Positions 12,921-26,999 of a DNA stretch of 64,000 nt are shown here, piece after piece (positions within the stretch are counted from its first letter, which is position 1; each line of letters opens with the position of its first letter). The translations under genes were made by a program, and so were the position numbers. Location: the NCBI GenBank assembly GCA_030141605.1, contig JAQGDQ010000014.1:1054001-1118000 (forward strand), given 5' to 3'. Source of the DNA: Tubiluchus corallicola. Taxonomy: Eukaryota > Animalia > Priapulida. The notes under the pieces were generated by a model. That model saw only the letters and a list, made by a program, of their open reading frames with translations, made no database searches and was not told the origin of the DNA.

Positions 12921-14213
12921 CTAGTCTTAATGAAAGCAGGTAACATCTGCAGAATGCTTGTTACTAATGGTAACCACACAGGTGACGCGGGAATGGTGGT
13001 ATTGTCGAGTGTAGTCACCTCTCCCGCCTCCAGGGGCAATGCAACACAATAACTTTGCCAGTTGATTGACTAAACACACAAGCAGCCAACATTGTAATTC
13101 TGATTTTCACACACTATGAATAAGCCTGGGAGGCTAACATACAATACTATTGGAAAGCATGATTCAATGGTACTTTCATGATGATGCATGAATTTGTACA
13201 CGTAGAGCTACAGCAGAGCTATAAGCCATTTGAGTATCGTCAAAATGCAACTTGCTGCTAATTGCGAATAAGTACAAAGCGGGTATATGGTAGTAACACT
13301 TTTGTTTAGTCGTATACCCAATCAATAGAGAACCAGGCTTTGGCATTTTAGATGTCAATCCATCTCACAGGTGGAAATTTATCGAAGTAATATAGAGCTA
13401 TCACAAGATCAAACTTTAGAAACGTCTGCTTGCACCAGTCTTAGAATATCATTAAAGCAACACTCAAAAGCATGCAAAGCCGAGGGTAGTTTTTAAACTA
13501 CAGCTTGGCGATGGACTGGCGATAATTCTTGAAAAAATTTGTATCACAGCGATAGCTCGTTTAGCTAGCGAAATAAGCATTTTACATACACAATTTATAC
13601 AAATACATGTAATTGGTTTGTTCGGTCAACAATAGCATTCATTAAGACTGCAGGTATCTATTCTCTTCTATTTACCCTTCAGAAGGGCTTGCAAATTCTG
13701 ACACAAGCCTAAATTCATGTGCACACAGTACTCACTGTACACACGGTAATGTTTTTTAAACATGCCAGCTTGTGTACACTCTAGGGTTTAAATGGTTATG
13801 GAGGTTTTCTCCGGAAATGCTACCAGACGTGATATTTGAGTAAGAACACCAGTTACTCTGCTGGTGCCTCTACTGTAGTGTACGCTTAACTAGGCGTGCG
13901 CTAAGTTTTTAGTTTCGGTACTGTTAGCCGTTATAACGGTGGTTTAGAGATTGGATGACCAAGTGCCGCTATTACTATTACTTGTTCCATCAGTTAGCAA
14001 CTAACCATATTCCAGTAAACAGAGTTGTGCCTTTAAGTCTATTTGAAAGTGCTAAGTGGTTTAATTGGTTTGAGACTTGCAATTTAAAAGTATTTGCTGC
14101 ACTAGTACGCCAAATGACAAAATTCTCTCGCTTGACCACTTCCTAGATACTATTTTTAGGCATCAGTTGTTAATTTCATGTATAACAAGTCATGACATTG
14201 CATTATCAACATG

Positions 14214-14541
14214 CAGAGCTTGATTACACTACAGGCTAGTATAGGCTACAGCCTAGGGCTCTCAAACTTTAGGGGCTCATATTTTGCATCGCTGACTTTA
14301 AAAAAAGGAGGCCACGAAGTGCGAAAATCCATTTGAGACAAAGGGCCCTTTTTGAGGACTTTTATTTGAAATAAGGTCCCCTCTTTGAAGCCCTGTTCGA
14401 AATATGGGCCCCTAGTTAACGGAAAATATCACAAGTAAAAGTATTCGAGACGAGTGCGAGCAAATTAGAGGGTTACTCCGTCTGAGGAAACCGCATAATT
14501 TCATTAGCATAGAGGCCCCAGAAGGTCATAATCCGGACTTG
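14214..14541. mobile_element. Non-autonomous hAT-type MITE
   Basis: Imperfect TIR cagagcttgatta / taatccggacttg; perfect TSD tcaacatg (14206-14213, 14542-14549); gggccc-rich interior. Confidence 0.82.
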
Positions 14542-14979
14542 TCAACATGCACAGTTGTTTTGTAGGCTTTCATTTTTTACATCCAAATTTCATCTCCATA
14601 ATTTTTTGTGACCAAGTGGACTCACTAGTCTAACTGTGAGTCCTACGGCAATTCTAGGAAAAATTAATTCTACCAAATCTCCTCTCCTTTTCACTAATGC
14701 AGTTCAAAACCAACTATATACCGTAATATCACACTCAATGTAGTTTTTATTATTATTGATTTAATTTGACATAGCGACGAGATATAGACATTAATTCACT
14801 TAAATCCGTAATTTCTTGGGTCTGTGAAAAATCCGGCGGAAAATTATCCACTTGCTTTCGCTAATATCCCTGTAATCTTATCAGAGCACATGGATTCACG
14901 TAGCGGTCGTCCCGCAAGTGCTTGTGCTGGCTCTGTGGCTTCCCAACCTGCTCTACTGACCTTCACAGCCTTCCCAAAA

Positions 14980-15200
14980 CTTCTCATTTCCTTCTCTTTT
15001 ACAATAGTTAGCCACAAGCAAGCTGTTTCACTTAATCTAGTTGTGCGAATTTATTTTCATAGAGTTTGCAGCTCTCATCATTAATAATAACCAAATCTTC
15101 AAATCCTGATATAGTGATAGAATTAACTCTCAGTTTTTCCAATAGCAGTGCTAGGAAGCCACTCAACATATTTCCAGTTTCTCAGAACTTTCGTCTCGAG
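14980..15200 (-). mobile_element. Possible LINE endonuclease remnant
   Basis: Broken SITISGFE...SETACLWLTI...K similarity to the AP-endonuclease N-terminal half. Confidence 0.3.
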
Positions 15201-15910
15201 AAGTTTCTCTAAATGTTTAAGCAGCACACTGGACGTAGTTTAATACACAAGGCCAGTAATTACATTATTAAGTCATAACAGAGCCGCAGTAAAAAAACGA
15301 ACAAACAGAAGAAAATAAGACAAGGATATCCAGTATGATAGCTAACATATACCACTAAGACCAGTTCCAACGCAGCAAAAACGGCAGTCAGGTAACATGG
15401 TACAGCAAAACGATCTGATCAACGAGTAAAAATATTAAATCCGTGTTCATTCAGCAAAAACTGCAGAATCTGTATACTCTACGGCGCACAATAAATTGTA
15501 ACTGCTCCCACAAACGTCAGCGATAACTTATAAGCAATCCAGAATTTCAAATCTCGTGTGATAACTGATAAGCATAACCAACGTCTGCCGTTATCACTAT
15601 ATTGTATTACACGCAGTGGGTGCGTTCCTTAGATTACATAGTGATACAAGCTAAAATGCAAATGTATCAAGATTAATCAAATGCTAGACCATATGTCTAT
15701 ATTACTATTATGCTTAATAATGCAACTTGTATACCATAATTATTGTAATCATGCAGAGAATCTCTGCTGTAACGCATCATTATAATTTATGTTAGATTAA
15801 AATAGCAACAATTAATTGTAATTACAAGCTGGGGAAACAGCGCAACATTTGCCAAGTTTAACATTATAGATGTTCTTAGAAGGAATTTACAATTCCTCAC
15901 ACAATTTAAA

Positions 15911-15970
15911 TACCCTTACCCTAACCCTAACCCTAACTCACCCTAACCCAAACCCTAAACCTAACTCTAA
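15911..15970. repeat. Degenerate (CCCTAA)n telomere-like tract
   Basis: tacccttaccctaaccctaaccctaactcaccctaacccaaaccctaaacctaactctaa. Confidence 0.8.
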
Positions 15971-18900
15971 TCCGCTTTACGACCTAATTTCCTGTGTGTT
16001 TTTACACTACAGAACTAAACTTTAGCCAACTTCTGCTCAACAGCACCAGTTTTTATTTAACGAAAATAATATCATTTTATCTTCTTAACTGATGTGTTTC
16101 TAATAATGATGGCCCTAGATTGGTCAAATATTCTGAATCAAGTTACTCCAGTCGTACTGTCTATTCTACCCTACAAAGCATTGGAAATCAATGTACTTTT
16201 AATAGTACAATGTATGGCACTACACATTGCCTTTAAAGGTTAGCAAACGTTCAGCAGTGCCACAACAAAGAGGAGGAAATGTTATGTGTGCAACACGTCA
16301 TCACCGTCACCAGAGCTGCGTTTGTAGCGATATAGTCCGGGAGTTACTGAGATTTCATTACATATTTATAATAATAATGACTTAAACCCAAGATGTATGT
16401 ATGGTCACAAGAGAAACGAGAGTGGTAATAAATCATGAGTACTCCGATGAGAACTCATTTCTTCCTCCGTTATTACTGCATTGTGCAGCTGCAGCTAGAA
16501 ATGGGTTTTGTGCATCCGTCCATTTAATGCGCAATTATTACTGACTACCCCATGGGGAAAGAGAGCATGCGCAAACCAAGATCATTAACTTATTCTAATA
16601 GTCTTCTTCAGTTACAGACTTATCAGCAACACTATTTGAGTATATTACTTTCTATACCTGTCTCAGTTACAAGCTATATACAAGTAAACAACCTATCTGC
16701 GCGCTCATTTTTTATAAAACGCAGTAAAATCTCGGCTCTCAGATGTTGAGATGCGTTCAGAAAGCTACACTAATAAACATTATCGTCTTCTGTAAACAAT
16801 CTAAAATATGCTTACGTGGATAAATTGTGTCGTGTTTTAACGCAACTTATCAAAATATGATTGAAATTTTGACCAGAAGTTTATGTGACGTTTGCTTTAA
16901 CAAAATAATGTGCAATCACATATTCGTCCAACATTTTATACGAAAAAACGTGACATACCTTACATTTTAATACAGTGTAAATATAAAACCTATTAAAACT
17001 AATAATACATATAAACTATTTTCTACTTAGTTATGTAAAACTTCTAAGTTAACTTGAGATAACAAAAGTTGGCAAACAAATATAATGAATCTTTTTGTTG
17101 ATTTGCGCATAATCTTTGCGTGACATAAGTCATGTAAATTATCAGAATTTTTGTGCTAAACAAACACTTCATTTGAGCAAACTTTGCCGAAGGCTACATT
17201 CACAGCAGTAAACAAGAACAGATATTGCATAAGCGTGCATAAGGCAATAAGGAGTAATGCAACAAAAATCTGCAAAAGTGATTAATAGACTACACATGGC
17301 TAAATTTCGGTATCTTCTACATTGGAGCAGGGAGGGAGGTTGCCGATAGGCGATCGGGCACAAACTAGCTATTTTGTAGTGAAACAAAACATTCATTCAT
17401 GTATACAAATATAATACGCGTATCGAAGACAATTATAACTTAGACAAAATACATTTATTCAAACCTGAAATGTTGGTTGATGGTTACATGACATGCTAGT
17501 GATACACATTCCTAGTTTTTCACTTACAGAAAATCATAATACCAAATGCCAGGCTATGACAAACAATTATACTATTACCAAGCTGTAAAACTCTATTAAC
17601 ATCAATTTGGCAAAGTAATTTCAAGAATGGATCAACAAAAGGGCGGTGCGAGGATTAAAATCAAGGCCACCAAAAACCGGCACTTTTAACTAGTAAACCG
17701 GTACAACAGTTCATTGAATTTAGCGAGCAGAAGGCGAACTCTTGACGTCAGTATTATTTCACCTTTCACCCAAATATTCCATTCATGAATTATGGCAGGA
17801 GATTAAAGACAGGTTTTAAAGTGGCTATTTATTTATAAATCGAGCTACTAATTCCAAAAAACGCTAAGCTGTAAGCGACAATGACCAAATTCAAACTGCA
17901 GAAACAAAGGCAGACAGCACAAAACGATAAAGGTGCAAACTCTCGGACGGTAAGCACGTTTAAGATAAAAACGTTTAAAATCTCTTTTGAAATAAATAAC
18001 GCTATTTAAATACATGTACATTAGGCTTTACGTTTTTGGTTAAAAATTAAAATACCAATAAATTTATCCTCAAAACCTTTGCAAAAATTAAATACTAAGC
18101 AACTAAGTAAATGTTTACAGTGAGTATTATACATCGAATAATTAAAACTAATTACATCAAATTGATAGTAATTGTAGCCTAGCCCATAGAGACAACTGAA
18201 ATATATGTATTGTGGGTTTAGGCCAGCTCCTGTAAAAGGCACAAAGCGTTTTAACAATCAGATAGGAGAAACTACAAGCATTTAAATTGTTGTAATAACG
18301 TAATAATAATAAACGTATTCAGGACTGAGAGATTTTGCATTACAAAAGAGCTCAGTAAGCTATCTTACTTGGTTTCAACATAATTATAATTTAGGCTCTT
18401 CTGGCAAAATTGATTACAGGCCTTATATTCTTAGAAATCGACAAAATTTTCTTGCTTAATGAATAAAGTTTTAATGCCCCCTCTACAGTAGCAACGTTCA
18501 GAAATAATTATTATAAATGGCCACACCAGAGTGTTTACAGTGTTTGTGTCATGATCTAGTAAAGTTGCTGTTGATATACAAGAGTTTGTGTGCCTTTAAT
18601 AATGACATATTGATAATTGTACCAGGGAATTCAGTATTATAACAGTAGTACGCGTTTAGTCCCGATGAAATTATATCAAACACCAACTTTTAAAACTTAC
18701 TGGCTTCTAAATCTAATTAATTACGTTACCTCAAACTTCTGTGCACAGAAAAAGCGATCCGTCCACCTGATTACGTCCCTTTTCACTCTGTTTGTTGCTC
18801 GCTGCAGTCGACGTGATCCAGGGCAGCCACGTTAACTCGAAAAGTCAAAAGCCACTGATCGAAGAATTAAAAAATATTTCACGGTAATCACCTGCACATG

Positions 18901-19899
18901 TCTTAACGGTAAATATTAAACACCTTAAATTTGTTTCTTCCGGTGTTGTAACTTGTTGGAGTGTAAAACAGACGAGGATGGAAGTAGAAGCAGACTCCTC
19001 TCTTTTCACACTCGTCTGCAGACGCTGACTCACCCCGAGTGTAAACCGTTACGGCTGAATAGCAAATGCTCGTCCAGGGCGGAGTGATTTCACTGACTCT
19101 GCGCGTCTTTAGATTCGTTAACCTTACGACGATCACTGAACTTTTTGCATATGCTATAAAACCTGACACGAGTTTTTGCTGATGTTAAATGAGCTGCTAA
19201 AATGCTACAAACCTGTAACAACGCTTAATTTTGTTTTACTCTTTTTCATAGCCTGAATGGCTAAATTAATTACTAGTAAAGGTTACACGCAATGACACCT
19301 CATTTTAAAATGCTCTTGCAATTGTAAAATTAATGGCATTAAAATATAAAATAAATAATTTCATAGCATTGTACACTTAACTGTTAATATATGCGTCACC
19401 TGATGCATTGCGTCAGAGATTCTATTGGTGAAATTTTGTGTAAAAAATTTACAATATAAACTGTATTATTGGATCTGGATTTTGGACATATAATCAGCAA
19501 CACTATTAGTGAGTCAGTTTCTTCTTAACTGATAAAATAACATTTAACATTTTGAAAAACGAATCCGCCGTAGCCGCGACGAGGCTTTGAGGTTAATTAC
19601 CACGGGTGATTAACTCGAAGACCAAAGCTTTGTGCACAATGAATAGTAGTCAAGGAACTAATGCTGAGTTGCGAGTCAGGTGATTATCAATGAATGCTTG
19701 TGTTTTATCCAAAACAAGTTTGGTAGATCATAAAGGTTTTTACAAAGAGAGGGAACTAGAACAGGAGCAAAGCATGAGGTATAATTATGCCTTTACGTCT
19801 GCACAGTTTTCGGAAGAAATGAAGGAAAACATTCCTGAAAAACCGCTAGGAAATCAGACGAAAGTACATGTATGAATTTATAGACCAAAATGTGCGAAA

Positions 19900-21410
19900 C
19901 GAAGTAGCGCCTATTGTTGCGGCAAAAATTACGAGGAGGCCATTCAAATTATAGCGCCCAGCAACTATATATTAACGTACCAAGTTATGTGTTGCGACAA
20001 TTACAAGTACAAAGCGAATTCAGTAAGTAAGACCTCAGAGAAAAACGAAATAAGGAACAACGCGGAGAAGTCAGGCGGCTCGACAAGCAGTAAGCAAGCT
20101 ACTGGTAGCTTGGTAACACAAGGGATGCTGCATCTAACACGTATGGAACGCAATGCAGACATGTTGTCCGCTAATGCACAAAGAATAAATGCAGTTCCGG
20201 CCGACAACACAGTGAAATGGAGTTTGACGAAAAATTTTAAAAACGGAAAATTTCGTGAGTTCCTGGCTCAAGAAAGGCGGACATTGGATTTCTTAGAACG
20301 GCACTGAAGGATGTTGAAAAACAACAAAAACGAAAGACATTAAATTTTTTCGTTACAGGGTAAAGGTATATACAACAAAATAGGAGATTGCTAGTTACTT
20401 GCAAGGAAATGGCATCGCTGTAGTTCATTGGTATGCGTCTAAAAAATGGTTTGTGTTGGCGCGCATACGGCACCAGAAGATGATGTAATGGGCCCTGACT
20501 TGTGGCCGGAACACGTTTCAATACCGAGATGGGTTTTCAAGCCTCGGTAAGAACGTTCTTCAGCTGCGGAGGACAAGCAAAGGAGGACAAAATGAAATTA
20601 CGATGGAAAAAGTAGCACATCATGTGAGATACAAATCGAGTATGTAGTAACCAAATTTGTATAAAAACAAGTGTCAGACAAGGGGTGTGTTATCATTTAT
20701 TTTATATGCTGTACATACAGATGACCTTAGACGCGTTAGGCTGGTTACGGTTGTTATGTAACAGATAATTTTATAGGCACTGTCATGTATGGTTATGACA
20801 TTGTCTTACTGTCGAGGCCATGTAAACACTTACGTGAAATGCTTGAAATCAGTGAAAGACATGGTATAAAATGAAGTATCTCATTTAATACTTACAGAAC
20901 ACGTCTTCTTTACTCTGGCAAAGACTTTACTGGTAAGGGTGTAATCCATTTTTGCGGTAAACAGCTGATCTGGAAATAGACGGTCAAGTATTAGGGTTGC
21001 GAGATTCTGACCCGTGATAGTTTTTCTATTGATGTTCCATGATAAAAAAGAAAATTTATTGGGATGGTGATTAATATCAAGTATGGGCAGCATTTGTAAT
21101 GACACAGTAGCTAAGACTCTGATCAACAAATATTGTCTACCAATTTGGTTATACCGCTGCGAAATTGGCAGTGTATCAAACAAATAAGTTATTGTCATCA
21201 GGGTGTAGTGGAACGCAGCTAATAGAAAAATATATGGCTTCAGACAAAATATAGTGTCAAATTGTTAATTTATGTTTGTGGCACAATGCCTGTGCGTTAT
21301 TTAATAGGTACAATAGACACCCCATCTAATCACGTACTTTAATAAAAATCTGTTATCTTTGTAAGTTGTACATGTTATGCGAAATAAAATAATAATAATA
21401 ATAATAATAT
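19900..21410 (+). mobile_element. Degenerate LINE (CR1/L2-group-like): ORF1 end, RT fragment, (AAT)n tail
   Basis: PDLWPEHVSIPRWVFK at ~20490-20540 (ORF1 WP..V..R.W-type motif); broken VRQG.V...Y.DDL...MY.YDIVLLS at 20665-20815; aataaa + (aat)n at 21383-21409. Confidence 0.65.
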
Positions 21411-22147
21411 GGTTATGGGCACTTCTAATTGGCTTAATATAGTTTGGTTGCCTCCACGAAGCTCTTATTTTCTCTTATCTTTCGGCACTTGGGACAAAGT
21501 TGGTTTTTGTCACCGACAACTCTTCGTGCTGACGGAAATCTGTGAACGCAATACGTGCAGACGTTGGATCTGTCACTGATTTTTGGTCTTAAGCAAGGAG
21601 AAGTATTAAGTGAAATTCTGCCCTAGAGGATGCAGACCAAAGGACTGAAGAGGACTGCTCAGCTTTTCTTGTGGACCTCGGCCCTCTGGTAGCGTCTTTG
21701 GCAAGAGGTTCGCAACAATATTATAGCAAATTTTTCTAACAACCATTAGCCACTCTAGGTGTACAAAATATAAGAGCTTTGTGGCTTAGTTGATACATTG
21801 TTTAGTTGTTTTATTATGAGTTTTATCATTTCAGACCTAAAGTAGTGACGTTCTTTTATCCTTATAATACAATTTTTAGTTAAATGTCGCATTGAGTTAC
21901 TTGTGCTAGACTTAATAACCCGTGCATATCTGCAACCTTTTTATACAACTTGGCAAAGTGTAATCCGAGAATACAGCATTTAATGGCAGATACAATTTGT
22001 TGAGGCGAGACTGGAATGTAGCTTACAATCCAGATAAACAAACGTAAGTGCCTTAGTCACGTTGGAAGAGAATGCGCCTTTCTTCTAACGATTTCACAAA
22101 ACGTGACATCATTTCAATTTTGTAACTAAATCTTAAAATTCGTGCAG

Positions 22148-22551
22148 TGAGGTCTTTTTCGATGCTAACCTTTTTAAATGCCTCATGAACCTTTCAATAC
22201 AACTGGCATCAACTTAAATTTAATTAGTGGTAATTAGTGATAATGAGCATAGGCGTACGAGGCGGGGGATCAGATGCGGTTGCCCTCCCAGGGCCAATGA
22301 ATTGTATATTTTCAGGACAAAAGCTGATTATTTTCAGGGCAAATAATTCTGAGGTCTTTTTCGATGCTAACCTTTTTAAATGCCTCATGAACCTTTCAAT
22401 ACAACTGGCATCAACTTAAATTTAATTAGTGGTAATTAGTGATAATGAGCATAGGCGTACGAGGCGGGGGATCAGATGCGGTTGCCCTCCCAGGGCCAAT
22501 GAATTGTATATTTTCAGGACAAAAGCTGATTATTTTCAGGCCAAATAATTC
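22148..22551. repeat. 202-bp tandem duplication (22148-22349 / 22350-22551)
   Basis: Two near-identical copies (one mismatch seen) covering flank + TSD + left end of the hAT MITE. Confidence 0.93.
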
Positions 22552-22784
22552 AGTTTTAAAATTTCAAAATTAAGATTTCAAATATTCAAAAATTGTTAGA
22601 CTCCTGATTTTTTTAGTAAACGTTAATATAATTTGGACTCCTTGCATTTTATGTACTATTATTATTGCAGTGACTGTGAGGTGTCAGAAAATGATAGCCC
22701 CCATACTAAGGCAACTTAGAAAATGTTCAGGGCAAATTCCTTATGCCCCCCCCCCCTTGTGAAACTTCTTCCTGTACGTCTATG
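22450..22784. mobile_element. Non-autonomous hAT-type MITE
   Basis: TIR cataggcgtac / gtacgtctatg; TSD ataatgag (22442-22449, 22785-22792). Confidence 0.88.
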
Positions 22785-24934
22785 ATAATGAGCCCACCAT
22801 AGACGGTCTGGATTTATCCGAGCGATCCCTCGTGAATGGGTTATGTTTTACGGGCGATACTGAGTCCAATGAAAATACCAGTAGCTCTAAAGGCCAGTGT
22901 GCATCACATACATGCCAAGTAAAGGCTAAGTAAACTTTGACCGAACTGACTTTAGAGCGATAGATAGAAATTTCACTACATTCAACCACTTAGGAAGTTC
23001 TTGCAATTTCATGTCGATATCCACACTTTTTCATGACATCTCAAGAAATATTTCATATCCGGTACTTCGAGAACTCCATCCATAATTAATAGCATCATCA
23101 TTGCTGCAGTGACGATCTGCGCTCATTATTGTTGCCTTCACGTTACAAAGATTCATAAAATAGTAATGGTAAATGTTCAAACCCAATAAAGTAACTGCCA
23201 AACTTTAATTGTCTGTGATATTTAAGCATTTGCGCGCACTTTATTGCATTGTTTCCGCATTTGCTAGTAATAAATTTATCTTAACAATAAATTGAGAACG
23301 AATATTATCTGTCATGTGCCGGTAAACTGTATAATTAGTCTACTAAACACGAATTTACGACTTTAGGCCTAATTTCCAAATTTTCTTTGATTAATGAACA
23401 TTTTTTACCTAAATGTAGGTTTATAGTGTAAACGTAGACAAACTGAAGTTCAAATATGAATTTGGTACATAGAAAACACCATGTTACTTTAACTGTCGCT
23501 TAAGTATGTGATATATGTCCCCTGGCCATTTCAAAAATGCACCTAATGCTGACTGGATAGCACGCTCTCCTGCCTGAATGACTGGCTAGCTAGCTTGTTG
23601 GTTGGCAGATTGACAGAATGACCGTCTCACACCCGTAAGTATGAATCCGTATACGAATGACACACTGCTAACTAGGTCTACGTGTTTTAAAAAATGCTTG
23701 CAAAATTTTATTATGTGTTGCATTTTTACATTATGTAATGATGCACATGATATTTTTAATTTACACAGGCTGCCTGCAGACTGTGCTGGGATTTATGTTC
23801 TTTTGGCATGAATAATTGATTGCGAGCTCATCTCCAGAACGTCGTGTTTCATGAAAGGATTAAACATTAATAAGCGCGTAAGTAAGCAGCACGTAATGAA
23901 ATGATAATGACATGAACTATATGAGATAAAAGCTCATAAAACGATTTATAGCATCTGTGGGTAGCTTGTTTTTAAAGAACGCACGCTTGTAAAGCCCACG
24001 GAGGTGATATCTTCAAAGTATGTGTTTGTTACTCAATCTATTCATACGCTTGTACTTGTTTGGCTGTGAGTGAAATGTTATAAAAATGTTATTTTGCTAA
24101 TACTGTAGCTGTACCAATCATTGATTTGCCGATATCAATAATTTCAGCTTTTTCTTAGCTAACTGTTGGGCTAATTATTAAACTGACAGAAGCGATTCAT
24201 TTATTTTTTCTGTAAAAATTAATCAAAAAACTTATCAGTCCACCATTATGGACTATCTTCAGGTGAAAAAGGTAAAGCCCAGATGATGACTAAAATAATA
24301 CTAGTTTCTGGGTTTTGTAACTTAAACGCGTTTACTGAAAATCAAAGTAAATTCACGTGAAAGAACATAATCATAAAAATCCATAGAAAATGAGGAAAAA
24401 ATCACAGCAGCATTAATCACGCTCTCACACAATAGCACTGAAGATTATGGAAAGAATGATGAATTGTGAAAAACTCATTGGATCATACGTAAGAAAATTT
24501 AGTCAAACTGTTTGTGATGGGTTAAGCAGAGATCAAACTGTTTATGGTGTGCTATTAGAAGACACTATCACGAGAGCGCCAAAGAGAAGAAAGATATGCT
24601 CTATATAGAAAACTTTACAGACTGAGCAAGAAAACCAAAACAAATTCTAGATTCACAGTAATTTCCATTTTGCGAATTATTATAGATTAAAATATAAATT
24701 AAAACACTCACGAATCACAGTTCCAAATTAACTAAATTTATGCTTTTCCGCCATGTAGGTGACGCTTTCTTTCATGACACTTTAGTTTCTGTAAGTATCC
24801 AAGAAACGTACCTATAGAACGTGTTTTATTGATTAGTACACGAATAGCAGCATGTACACGAATCTGTGTGCCTGTTTACATAGACGCAATAAAATTCTAA
24901 ACTGAATAGTTCGGGCTCTCGGGGAAAAATGCTG

Positions 24935-25190
24935 GAAACTATCAGATGGGCCAGAAGGACAAGTTTGAAGAGGAAGTGCATATTTCGGAAAGCACCATCC
25001 GTTCTGTAATGATCTGCTGCGATTTATCGACACTATATTTTTTTCTGTTGGTGTCATCAGAGACAAGCACACAGCTGACACAAAGCATGCCGAAATCTTC
25101 CATCATGTACTTTGACACTGCAATTTCCGTTTCGACGTATTTACTTTCGACAGTATGTAGGAAGATTGCTCAGATAACATTTACTTCATG
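24935..25190 (-). pseudogene. Degenerate DDE transposase fragment (Sola-like)
   Basis: CVLVSDDTNRKKYSV...II...SFW resembles the SDDLxHDKxxV...FWSDG motif; stops and a frameshift present. Superfamily uncertain. Confidence 0.35.
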
Positions 25191-25258
25191 GGGTCTTTTG
25201 AGACAATAAAAAAGGATTAAGTAGAGTATTACAGATAGCAATGTTGGGTCGCGCATAT

Positions 25259-25900
<642 letters not shown>

Positions 25901-26459
25901 TCTTAGTGAAAAATTTTGGTACTGGGGCCTTACTGTCTCTACCATGCCACGCGTGAAATACACAAAGTGGTGCTTCTTTACTTTACTTTAGTTGTTTCTC
26001 CCAAAATTGACATTTTTCCAATTTGAAATGAGTGTGAGCAAAGAAAAGTAGCAACATTGAACTTCTCAACTTCGGTTGCCCTCTGATAGATTCGTGGTAC
26101 AACTGATTTTGTACCTTCTAGTTTTTTGATTGTCTATGCTCTTTGCACTCCTCTTTCAGAATGTAAAAGGTCCTCGTTTAATTCTGGATACCAAACAAAA
26201 TATTATTCATTCTATAGATTATTGTATATAGTCCACTGTATTATCTTACGTATTTTTAATGATAAATATCGTATGTAAGTCTCAAGGTGTCTTATTTACT
26301 TATTTATTTATTTAGCAAGAACATTTATAAAAACTACATAGCATAAGTGCGCTCTACCGCTGTCTGATGTTGTAGACGAGGCATTATCGGACACGCACGG
26401 GATAAACAACCATTACCGCATCCTTCCAGTTTTTGTAGCGTAAATGAAAAACTAATATG

Positions 26460-26720
26460 GATCACGTAAGCAAGAAGAATTCTGTTAACATTTACACAAC
26501 ATTTACGCAATATAATTACCCAGTGTATCAGTTGTCCCGAGACCTTGGTATTATGATGGCAAATACGACTTTAACTAAAGCTTATTATATCGAAATATCT
26601 AAAAAAGCAAGTAGAATAGTGAAAATATTATTCAGAAAATTATTGTTAACATATTGTTAATTCTATTTGCAGTGTGATCTATGCAAGCCCTGGCCGCCCA
26701 ATATAGAACACGCTAAAAGT
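26460..26720 (+). mobile_element. CR1-like RT fragment
   Basis: RDLGIMM...ISKKASRIVKILFR followed by a broken LY...RP.IE motif. Confidence 0.6.
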
Positions 26721-26857
26721 AACATTAAATATTCCATCACAAAAAAATTTAAAATTTACCAACATTGTGAGCTTGTGGGCTCACTTTCACTGTGTTCATT
26801 TTTAATTGCTAATTGTTGTAAAAAGCGATGAGTTATAAATGTATCGTGCTTTCAAGA

Positions 26858-26999
<142 letters not shown>

